Assembly: GCA_000151265.1 (NCBI GenBank)
Contig: GG663739.1
Location: forward strand, 412,071-444,070
Reading direction: 5' to 3'
DNA from: Micromonas pusilla
Lineage: Eukaryota
DNA: 32,000 nt
How positions within the stretch are numbered: the first letter of the stretch is position 1; each line of letters begins with the position of its first letter. The position numbers were made by a program, and so were the translations under genes. Shown one piece after another: positions 13,476-23,000 of the stretch. A model generated the notes under the pieces. That model was not told the origin of the DNA. It saw nothing but the letters and a program-made list of their open reading frames with translations, and did not search any database.

Positions 13476-15883
13476 ATGCTCTCGCTCGCCGCTTCCGCGA
13501 CGACGCTCGTCGGAGCCAACGCGGGCGCCTCCGCCGCCGCCGCCTCCACCCGCCGCGGCGGCGCGTCGCTGAGCGCGCGCGATGCGACGGCGACGACGAA
13601 ACCTTTGCGATTCGTCGCGCGCGGGGCGTCGTCCGATCGCGGGCGAGCGCTGACGACGCGCGTGAACGCGAAGTCGCTCGAGGAGAGGATCGCGTCCGGG
13701 GAGTTCACGCAGAAGCGGAGCACCCCCGCGGAGAGCGTGCTGAACGGCATCCGCGACGTGATCAAAGACGTCCCGCAGAGTGCGTCCCGATCCCGTCCGA
13801 TCGATCGGCGCGACGATAGGTTTTTCGCAGGAGGAGCGCGAGAGACTCGACGTTCGATCGCTGACCCCCCGTCCCGAACCTCATCCCGCCCGTCCCCCCG
13901 TCCGCTCGCCCGCCACCGCCAGGTCGAGGCCTGTCCTACCAGCTCGCGAAGCTGTCGAGGAAGTGGAGGAAAGAGAGCATGTCCAAGATGCCCGTCGCCG
14001 CCGGCGACATTCGAGAGATCGCCGGGCAGCCCGTGTTCGTGCCGCTGTACAAGCTCTTCCTCGCGTACGGCGAGATGTTCGTCCTCGCGATCGGGCCCAA
14101 GAAGTTCGTCGTCGTGTCCGACAACGACGTCGCGCGCGAGATGCTGAAGGATCAGGCGACGTCGTTCAGCAAGGGGCTGCTCTCGGAGATTCTCGAATTC
14201 GTCATGGGCACCGGGCTGATCCCCGCGGACGGAGAGACGTGGAAAGTGCGAAGACGCACGGTCGTGCCGTCGCTGCACAAGAAGTACGTCGCGAGCATGG
14301 TCGACATGTTCGGCGACTGCGGCCTGAACGGATCCGCGCAGCTCGCGCGGTCGGAGATGAACGGCGACACGGTCGAGATGGAAAACTTTTACTCGCGGCT
14401 CGCGCTCGACATCATCGGCAAAGCCGTGTTCAACTACGACTTCAACTCGCTGAAGATGGACGACCCGGTGATCAAGGCGGTGTACACCGTCCTGCGAGAG
14501 GCGGAGTACCGCAGCGTGACGTTCATTCCGTACTGGAAAGTGCCTCCGCTGAGATGGCTCGTCCCGAGGCAGAAGGCGTGCCAAGAAGCTCTGGTCGTCG
14601 TCAACGACACGCTCAACATGCTCATCGCGCGGACGAAAAAACTCGTCGAGGAGGAGGACGAGGAGTTCGTCGAGGAGTACCTGAACAAGGCGGACCCGTC
14701 GATCCTGCACTTCCTCATCGCGTCCGGAGACGACGTCACGTCTAAGCAACTCCGCGACGACCTCATGACGCTGCTCATCGCCGGCCACGAGACCACCGCC
14801 GCGGTGCTGACGTGGACGACGTACCTCCTCGCGACGCACCCGGAGATCAAGGCTCGCGTGCAGGCGGAGGTGGACGAAGTCTGCGGCGATCGTAACCCGA
14901 CGATCGCAGACATGATGGACCTGAAGTTCACGACGAGGGTGATCAACGAGTCCATGCGGCTGTACCCGCAGCCGCCGGTGCTCATCCGCCGCGCGTTGGA
15001 GCCGGTGACGCTGGACGGGTACAAGATCGACGCGGGGACGGATTTTTTCATCTCCGTGTGGAACCTGCACCGCAACCCGCGACTTTGGGAGAACCCGGAT
15101 AAGTTCGACCCGGACCGGTTCCCGATCGATCAGAAGATGCCGAACGAGATCACGGAGAACTTCGCGTACCTTCCGTTCGGAGGCGGGCAGCGGAAGTGCG
15201 TCGGCGATCAGTTCGCGCTGTTCGAGAGCATCATCACGCTCGCGATGGTGTGCCGCAGGTGCGTTCTATACACTGGTTCCCATACGACCGCGTCGGCGTG
15301 GTGGACGCCGTTTCTTAAGGACTTTTCCCGGCGTCTCTCTCCGCCCAGCCCCCGCTTTCAATCCCCGCCCTCGACGCCTTTCAACTTCAACTGACGCCTT
15401 TCAACGTGCCGCAGGTTCGACTTCGAGCTCGACGCGAAGTTTCATCCCGACGGCGAGTGCGGGATGACGACGGGGGCGACGATTCACACGACGGGCGGTC
15501 TGCACGTCAAGCTGAAACGTCGCGACGGCGCGGGCGGGAACGAGATGCTCGGTTCGATTGACTGCGGCGACGGCGTCAAGTGCGCGTCGCTCGGCGAGCT
15601 CTCGGACGTGAACACCGGCGACGGGACCCCGGAGAGCGGCGCGGCGAGCTTCGACGAGGCCGAGCGCGCGCAGGCGAGAGACTTAAAAGAAGCCGCGGTC
15701 GTTCTCGGCGCGAAAACCGCGGGCGCGAGCGAGCTGAAGAGCGGCTCGGGGGGTGCGAAGGGCGAGAAGCCTTCGATCGACGGCGCGGCGTTGGAGGAGG
15801 CGGTGAAGGAGGCGGAGGCGCTGTACGAGGCCGAGGCGGAGCGCGAGGCGGCGATGAAGAAGGAGCTGGAGCAGAGTCTTTAG
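13476..15883 (+). CDS. CYP97: Cytochrome P450 CYP97 family (plastid carotenoid ring hydroxylase type), 3 exons
   Basis: Exons are 13476..13779, 13923..15258 and 15415..15883. Intron 1 is GTGCGT...CTGAC...CAG (143 bp, phase 1). Intron 2 is element copy C (phase 2). Diagnostic CYP97 strings: [40 protein letters not shown]; heme loop [14 protein letters not shown]. The spliced junction [43 protein letters not shown] reproduces the conserved CYP97 C-terminus. The N-terminus is transit-peptide-like. Confidence 0.85.
15259..15414 (+). mobile_element. Introner-like element copy C (156 bp), 3'-truncated, forming CYP97 intron 2
   Basis: GTGCGTTCTATACACTGGTTCCCATACGACCGCGTCGGCGTGGTGGACGCCGTTTCTTAAGGAC...TCAACTGACGCCTTTCAAC followed by GTGCCGCAG. 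The same GTGCCGCAG(GT) precedes the element (15250-15258). It lacks the last ~35 nt seen in copies A, B and D. Confidence 0.85.
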
Positions 15884-16041
15884 ACCGAGATGCACGGCGC
15901 GCGCCGCGCGCGCGCGGGCGGGCGGTCGCGCGGGGACCGGTGTGCGGGACGCGCGGCGGCGGCGACGGGGGAGAAGTGACGCGACGATCGACCGAGGGTT
16001 GGTGGTTCATCAGACGTCTTCTTTCGTTTAGATCAACACCG

Positions 16042-16082
16042 CAACTATCAACTTCAACTTCAACTTCAACATCAACTTCAAC
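16042..16082. repeat. Imperfect (CAACTT)n hexamer microsatellite in the CYP97/PP2C convergent intergenic region
   Basis: caactatcaacttcaacttcaacttcaacatcaacttcaac read directly. Confidence 0.75.
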
Positions 16083-16320
16083 ACAAATAGTGACGGCGAC
16101 GCGCGACCGACGCGCCTCCAGGTCCGTTTCGAATGCTAAACGCGTCGTGTTATTAAAACTCATCCTAATGATCAAGGGTGCGGCGCGATTTCGCCGCGCC
16201 CTTCCTCTTCCTCGCGATCGATCCCGCCCAGCCGGTCCTCGAGATCGTGCGCCTCAACTTCAACGTTGACAACGTCAACATACAGTAAGATTACGCTGAC
16301 CTCCTCGTTCTCGTCGCCTC

Positions 16321-17697
16321 TCACACGCCGAGCTCGGCGGCGGCGTCGACGAGGTCTTTCAAGTTGACCCCCGCGCCCTCCATCGCGTCCCACTCGAACC
16401 CGGGGAACAAATCCTCGATCGCGAGCGAGCCGCGACGGGTGCGGAGATGTATCGCCGCTTTCGCGAGCGCCGCGTTCGCGAACCGCAAACCCGGCTCTTT
16501 CTTCGTGTGCCCCGCGCGCACTTGCCTTCTGACGAGCATCCAGCGCTCCGCGGCTTTCGACGGCGCCGTCGGCGGCATGGGCGCCTTCGCCGCGCTCGGC
16601 TTTGGCGTGAAATACGCGACGACGCACGTGACGTCGTCCGCTCGCGTGTCCTCCTCGCTCCAGGACGCGTACGCGGCGCGCGTGATCTCCTCGCACGCCC
16701 CCAGCGCGTCGCCCTCGTATCTCTCGCATATCGCGAGCACGGTTTCATTTTCCATAAACTCAAAGACGCCGTCCGACGCGATCACGAGGCACCGGCTCGC
16801 GTCGTCCAAGCGATACGACAGCGTCTCCGGCTTGGCGCTGATGCCGAGGCTCTTGCCTATTGTGTCGCCTAAACTCCGCGTGAACGCGCACCCGGGGTAG
16901 TGCTCATTGTTCTTGAACACCCGCGGCGGGTCGTCCGCGGCCTCGATCGTCTCCTCGCCGAAGTCTTCGCTTAACGGAACCTCGCCGAGGATCATCCCGA
17001 GCGTCGCAAACATGACGTCCTCGGTCGCTTCTCTCTTCATGCGCACGCGCTCGTCGTGCCGGAAGCACGTCTGGTCGTGCGTCACGGGTAGGACCTTCCA
17101 CCTAGGACTGGCGTCGTTCTCGTTCGTTGGCGTCGCGATTCCAAAGATCGCCCTCGAGTCCCCGACGTTCGCGACGTGCAGCATGTCCCCGATCAAGTGC
17201 GCGACGACCGCGGTCGTTCCCGACAACTTCGCGTCCTCCCCGAGCTCGCGCACGATGACGTCGTTCGTTCGCTCGAACGCGGTCGCGAACGCGGAGGGCG
17301 CCGCGTCGTCGCCGTCGAGCGGCGACGCGCGCTTGTGGTCGCCAAGATGGTTCTCGAAGGCGTCGTCCGCCCGCAGCTCCTTCAGCGTCCTCGGGAACGT
17401 CGCCGCCGCGATCTGCGCCGCGTCCTCGCCGTGGACGCTGTGGCCGTCGAAGACCCCGAGCAAGCATTGGTTCGCGTCGCCCTCGAACGCGACGTTGAGG
17501 ACGAAGGTGTCTTGGTTCACGTGCGCGCGCGTTTTGTCCGGGTAGCAGCCCTCCTGGCACACCGCCGCGGCGACGACGCGATGATGCGCGAGGTCCGCGG
17601 TCGCGATCGGCATGATCTCGCGGCGGGTGCGGTCCATGAACAGCTCCGTGGGTTTCTCCTCGGGGGGTTCGCGCGTCGGCCACCATCGCGCGGACAT
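16321..17697 (-). CDS. PP2C-family (PPM) Ser/Thr protein phosphatase
   Basis: 458-codon uninterrupted ORF with PPM motifs in order: LLGVFDGHSVHGEDAA, SGTTAVVAHLIGDMLHVANVGDSRAI, HDQTCFRHDERVRM, AFTRSLGD, LVIASDGVFEFM, DDVTCVVAYF. Confidence 0.85.
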   Translation of the reverse strand: MSARWWPTREPPEEKPTELFMDRTRREIMPIATADLAHHRVVAAAVCQEGCYPDKTRAHVNQDTFVLNVAFEGDANQCLLGVFDGHSVHGEDAAQIAAATFPRTLKELRADDAFENHLGDHKRASPLDGDDAAPSAFATAFERTNDVIVRELGEDAKLSGTTAVVAHLIGDMLHVANVGDSRAIFGIATPTNENDASPRWKVLPVTHDQTCFRHDERVRMKREATEDVMFATLGMILGEVPLSEDFGEETIEAADDPPRVFKNNEHYPGCAFTRSLGDTIGKSLGISAKPETLSYRLDDASRCLVIASDGVFEFMENETVLAICERYEGDALGACEEITRAAYASWSEEDTRADDVTCVVAYFTPKPSAAKAPMPPTAPSKAAERWMLVRRQVRAGHTKKEPGLRFANAALAKAAIHLRTRRGSLAIEDLFPGFEWDAMEGAGVNLKDLVDAAAELGV

Positions 17698-18090
17698 TGC
17701 GGAGAAGCGTGGATTTTCGAACGCCTGTGATTGCTAAGCGATGAGTGCCAGCCAACGGTCAACGCACGCGGACGTCCCGGGCGAGGGCTCGCTTCGCTCG
17801 CGCGCTCGCCCCGAAGCGCGCAGCGTCGGCTCGCCGACGCGCGGCGACGCCGAGCGCGTTCGACCGCGGCGAAGTCCGTGGCCCGGCGTCGGCGTCTCTG
17901 CGCGCGCGCGCGGCAGAGATCTAAATGTGTGATAGCATTGTGTGTGTGTGATCCAATCATAAGCTTAGTTGTCTCCGTCGCAGTGTCCGAACAACACAAT
18001 CTGGATCTGACTGGACAACTTCGTGACATGCTACACGTGTGTACACGTAGCCCTATGGCTTTTTAGTCAGGACAAACGTAAGACAAAACC

Positions 18091-18092
<2 letters not shown>

Positions 18093-18124
<32 letters not shown>
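18093..18124. repeat. A32 homopolymer (T32 on the minus strand) inside a ~300-bp low-GC island
   Basis: Counted directly: 8+10+10+4 A residues. The surrounding 17920-18210 contains (TG)n and A/T-rich sequence and lies between the PP2C start (17697) and the IFT20 stop (18301). Confidence 0.95.
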
Positions 18125-18127
<3 letters not shown>

Positions 18128-18300
18128 GTACTCGTACGCAGGTGACTGTTTGCGCGTGCACGATTTAACGATCGAAAATACAGGTACTGTAACACCTTCG
18201 TAAACAGTTGAACCGTGAACGACGGTCTAAAATCGCACCGCACCCGCTACTGCTCCGCGTACCCAACGACGGTCGCCCTGACCCCCCCTCTCCCCGTCCA

Positions 18301-19101
18301 TCACGCGGCGCTGTCCGACAACTTCGCGATCAGCGCCTCCTGCTCCTCGCGCACGCGCGCCAACGAGTCAAACTCCGCGCGCAGCCGGTCGAGCTCCGCG
18401 CGTCGTTCGCGTCGAAGCGCCCCCGTCTCGGCGCGCGCGCGTCGCCGACGCGCCGCCTCCAGGGTCGTTCCATACGAGCGAACGTCGGGGTGGAGTTGAA
18501 AGGCGTCAGAAGCGGAGTTGAAAGGCGCCGAGGGCGGGGATTGAAAGCGGGGGGTGTGCGGAGAGATGCGCCGGGCAAAGTCCTTAAGAAACGGCGTTCA
18601 CCACGCGAACGCGGTCGTACGGGGACCAGTGTACAGAACGCACCTCCGACGCCGCCTGGTTCCGCTTCCCCACCGCGCGCAGTTTCTCGCGCTCGGTGCG
18701 CGCCGCCTGCGTCGAGGCGGGGGTTTAAGGCGAAGGGAAACGAAGCGCGCGCGACGTCAGCGGGGAGAGCACGGGATGGAGGGAGGGAAGAAGGAAGAGG
18801 ACGGAAGGACGAGGGACCGCGGGAGGGAAGACGAAGACGTGAGCGTATTAAACGACAGCGACGGCGAGCGACGATCGATCGACGACGCGCCTGCGCGTCC
18901 ACGGCGTCGACGACGGTCTTCACGATGTAGTTCAGCCGCGTGACCTTCTCGCAGAAGTCCTTCGCGCCGTCCGCGAGCGCTTGCGTCTTGTCGAACTTCT
19001 CCGCGTCGAGCACGCGCACGCGGAACGACTGCGGGACGCGACGCGGGGAGGGGAGAGACGACGGCGAGTGAGCGTTCGTCGACGCGCGGTTTCGATTTTG
19101 A

Positions 19102-19132
<31 letters not shown>

Positions 19133-19283
19133 AAGGGCGGACGACCGCGAGGGGACCGCGGCGCGCGTCGAACGCGGCGACGACGACGCGGGGAGGAGGA
19201 GGGCGACGACGCGCGGCGCGGGTGGGTCGCGCGCGGGCGCGGGCGCGCACCTCGTCGAACGTCACCGCGCTCTCTTCCGCCAT
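18301..19283 (-). CDS. IFT20: Intraflagellar transport protein 20 (IFT20), 4 exons, 129 aa
   Basis: Exons on the minus strand are 19283..19251, 19028..18891, 18706..18644 and 18456..18301. The spliced product is MAEESAVTFDE|SFRVRVLDAEKFDKTQALADGAKDFCEKVTRLNYIVKTVVDAVDAQ|AARTEREKLRAVGKRNQAASE|AARRRRARAETGALRRERRAELDRLRAEFDSLARVREEQEALIAKLSDSAA*. It is collinear, without gaps in the core, with my recollection of human IFT20 (...HFDELNKLRVLDPE...[39 protein letters not shown]...[25 protein letters not shown]). Intron 1 is GT-AG, intron 2 is GC-AG, and intron 3 is element copy D. Confidence 0.85.
18457..18643 (-). mobile_element. Introner-like element copy D (187 bp) forming IFT20 intron 3
   Basis: The minus strand reads GTGCGTTCTGTACACTGGTCCCCGTACGACCGCGTTCGCGTGGTGAACGCCGTTTCTTAAGGAC...CTTCTGACGCC...CGTATGGAACGACCCTGGAG. 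GGAG(G) direct repeats flank it. Phase 0. Confidence 0.85.
19102..19131. repeat. (ACG)10 microsatellite inside IFT20 intron 1
   Basis: Direct reading, 30 nt. Confidence 0.9.
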
Positions 19284-20026
19284 CGTTGACCACGACGCGG
19301 TGCCGACGCGAGATGCCGCGACGACCGCGCGACGCGAGCGGCGGCGGCGACGCGCTCTTCGCGGCTGGCGGTCGCGCGCGACGCGCGGCGCGACGCGGGC
19401 GGCGGCGGCGGCGACGACGACGACGCGCGGGGTCGCGAGGACGCGCGACGGTCTCGAGCGCGCGCGCGACTAGCGACGGACTCCCGTCCGCGGCGAACCG
19501 CGCGCTCAAAAAAAATCTCGACTCCACCGAAAAGTGCTTCTTCGCGCGGTCGCACTCCGCGCCGCGCCTCGCACGCGGCATGTCCGCGCCGCCCACCACC
19601 CCCGCGCCGAGCTTCTCGGAGATGTTCACGACAGGCTCCGGGAACGTCGTGACGTCTCCGAACCCGGAGAACGTCGCGAGAGCTTCCCGCTTCCTCGACG
19701 AGAGCACGCCAGCGCCCGCGCCGTGGCGACGGCAGCTTCCCGTGCGCCCCGCCTCGCCTCGGCTCGCTCGCGTCGCGCGGCGCGGCGTATCGCTCACGCC
19801 CCCACCCCCGCCCCTTCCTCTTCCGCGCGCAGCCGCAGCACGAGCGAGAGCCAGACGCGAACGCGAGCACGCCGAAACGCCGCAAGAGAGAGGAGTGACG
19901 AGCGACGCGCGAGACGACGAACGGAAGCAGAGCGGAGACGGAGAGAAGAAAGAACACGCGTTGACGACGAGTTTAAAAACGACCGACGTTTAAAAACGAA
20001 CGAACGACCGACAACCGCGCGCGAGT

Positions 20027-23000
20027 CTAATACGCCTCGTCGTCGTCTTCGTACCCCCGTCGCGCGTCCTCCGCGTCCGCGTGCAACTCCCGCACCACGT
20101 TATACAGCGTCTCCTCCAGCGCCCACTCCGCGAGCGTGCGGAACTCCGGGTTCGCCTCAGCCTTAGCCGCCTCCGCGTCGAACGGCGTCGGCGTCGGCGT
20201 CGGCGTCGGCGCGCGAGGCGAAGCCTCCGCGGCGGCGCCCCTCTCGAGCGCGTCCGCGATCGACCCCGCGACGCTCGCAGCCATGGACGCCGCCTTCGAC
20301 CCGTGCGGCGTCGCCGTCATCGACGCCGCCCTCGAGCTGAGCTTCTTCTGCAGCGACTTGATCGACGACGCGACCGACGCGCGCGACGGCGGCCGCGACG
20401 CCGTCGCCGGCCTCGAGTCGCGCTTCGTCGGACTCGCCGCGGACGCCGCGGACGCTGGACGCGAGGACGCGCGACTCGAGGACGCGAGGTCCGGCGTCTT
20501 CGGCGGCGACGCGATCGACTCGCGCGCTCTGAGCGCGCGCGCGGGCGCGCCGCCGCCCACGAGCGAGAGGTAGAACGGTATCTCCTCCTCCTCGAGATCG
20601 TCAAACTCTCGCTGAATCTCTGGATCGCGCGCCGTCTCGCGCAGCAACTCCGCGATCATGAGCGCGGCGTCCTCCGCGGTGAGGTCCGCGGGGAGCGTCT
20701 CCACCCTCGGGTCCGGTCGGTACGTCGGGATGAAATGCCGATCGAACGCCTCCGCGCCGTGCTCCTCCCTGAACGCCACCTCCGTCTGCACGATCCCCTC
20801 CACGCCGAGCGCGACGACGTGGTCCGCCGGCGGCGGCGGCGGCTTGGGCAGCGTCTTCTCGTGCTCGCGCCTGTGCCGCGCGGTGAGCTCCGGGAAGGTT
20901 ATAGCGCTGTTCTCCGTGCTCGCGTGCAGGACGGACATCCGCTCCTTGCTCGCGTACGAGACCCACACTTCGCTCTTGCCCTGCTTCTCGAGCTTCGTCG
21001 GCATCGACGGCGCGGGCGCGCCCTGCTCGGCGACCGCCACCGGCCGCGTCTTGGCCTCCTCCGCCAAACGCGCTTCGTACTCGAGCTCCTCCCTGGACGG
21101 CGTCGTCGGCGTGAGCTCGCATCGCACGGCGCCGTCGAACACGCGCGGATCGGTGCCCGCGGTGAAGATCACCTTGATCATGACGCTCTCGCCGCGATTG
21201 AGGACGCCCTCCGCGGGCTCGATCGCGAGCGCGCCGATCGTCTCGTTCCCCGCGAGCGCGCAGAGGTTCCACTTGAAGTCGTAGTCAAAGTCCGAACACG
21301 ACGTCAGCGCGACGACGCGGCGCACGATCGCGAGCGACGGGATCTCGCCGAATGCGCACGCGTGCGTGGACAGCTGGAACGGCGTCGCCGGCGGCAGCGT
21401 CGGCGTCGGGCGGTACCCGATCCATCGCGAGCGGTCGATGTCGCCGAGAGCCGCGCCGTCGTTCGCGGCGCCGTCGCCGTCGCCGTCGCCGCCGAGCGGC
21501 GAGACCCCCGCGCCTCGAATCGTCAGCACCGAGTTCTCGCCGCCGTGTATCTTGATCTCCACGGACGTCTCGTACACCTTCTCCTCCGCGGGCTGAAATA
21601 TCCAGTCCACGGACGCGACGCCGAACGCGGGGACGACGCCGCTCGGGTTCAGACATCGCAACACCGGGAACCCCCACGCGTCGCGATTCAGCGCCTCCGC
21701 CGGCGCGACGTCCACGACGTATCGTATTGCGTCCGCGCACGGATTCCGCAGCTCGATCGACTGCGTCGGCGGGCGCATCTCGCCGATGCGAACGGGAGAG
21801 AGCACGTGCGTCGCGATCGGCGCGTTCGCGGGGCCGAGGTCGAGGCACTTGGCGTCCAGCGCGACGGTCCGACCGCCGAGCTCCAACCGCACGGAGCGGC
21901 CGTCGGCGATCGTCAGCAACGCCGTCAGCCAGTGCGCGCCGACGTGGTCGTGCGCGTACGTGATCGTCACCGCGGTCTTCTGCCCGGGCTCGAGGTGGCC
22001 CCTCCGCGGGTACACCTTCACGACGCCGTTGTCCACGAGCCACATCTGGTGCGCGTCCACCTCCGTGTCGGGCTCCGAGAGCTCGACCCAATTCTCCGCC
22101 TCCACCTCGAGCTCGTTGCGGAACAGCACGCGCCAATCCGCGGGGAGCGTCCCGACGTTGGTAACCTCGAGGTGCGTCACCGTCGCGGGCGCGCCCTCCA
22201 CGTGCACGCCCATGCCGGTGGCCACCGCGGAGAGCGGCGCGAGCGCGCGCGAGGAGACGATCGTGCCGTCGACGCCGCCGTCTTTCGCCATCTTGTGCTC
22301 CGCCGGCGTCGGCGGCGTCGCCAGCTGCGCGTTGAGCGCGTTGATCGACAGCCGCTTCCAGAGCAGCGGCTTCGCGACGCCCTCGCACGCGGCGTCCGTG
22401 ACGCGGAGCGTCGGGAAGTCCGCCGTCGCCCGCGCCGCGGTCCACGGGAGGTCCGCCTCCGTCTCCGGCGGGGTCGTCTCCGCGGCCGCGAACGGCAGCG
22501 TGGACGACCGCGACGCCGCGGTCAACGAGCTCGTCGTCGTCGCGTTCGATTTCGGATCCGCGACGGTGTGACACACGACGCGAAACTCGCAGTCCGTCAC
22601 GCGCTGCCGCCCGACGAAGGACACCACGACGGGGACGACCGCGCGCGCGTTGATCTGGCCGATCGGCGCGTCGAAGCTCACGTCCGCGTCGAACTCGGAC
22701 GACCCCTCCGCGAAGACGCACTCGAGGCGGTACCGGATCATCCCCGCGGACTGATTGTAGAGCTCGATCGTGCGCTCCTCCTTTTTGTCGACGAGGCACG
22801 TCCCGAACGTCAACGTCCGCGGCTGCATCGTGAGCGCGCCGGAGAGGCCTTCGCCGCCGACGCTGACGTACACGCGCTCCTGATCCGGAAGCACGCCCTC
22901 GCGCGCTTGCCTCGGCGTCTGCGGGACGCGGACGACGAGCGGCACCCTCGCCGCGAGCCGCTTGACCTCTCTCGGGGAGAAGTTCCACGTCGACGTCAGC

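Noticed and set aside
13436-15070. 544-aa minus ORF; similar long ORFs at 26615..27835 (-), 10346..11734 (-), 6870..8252 (-) and 21285..23354 (-)
   Set aside because: Each lies antisense or out of frame to a gene with clear family motifs (CYP97, eIF3e, mitochondrial carrier, the 1111-aa protein, CFAP65-like). Each has Arg-rich low-complexity translations.
17920-18124. A32 tract as the poly(A) tail of a retroposed element or SINE
   Set aside because: I could find no flanking target-site duplication, no pol III A/B boxes and no reverse-transcriptase remnant upstream. A promoter or intergenic poly(dA:dT) tract is the simpler reading, but the retroposon origin is not excluded.
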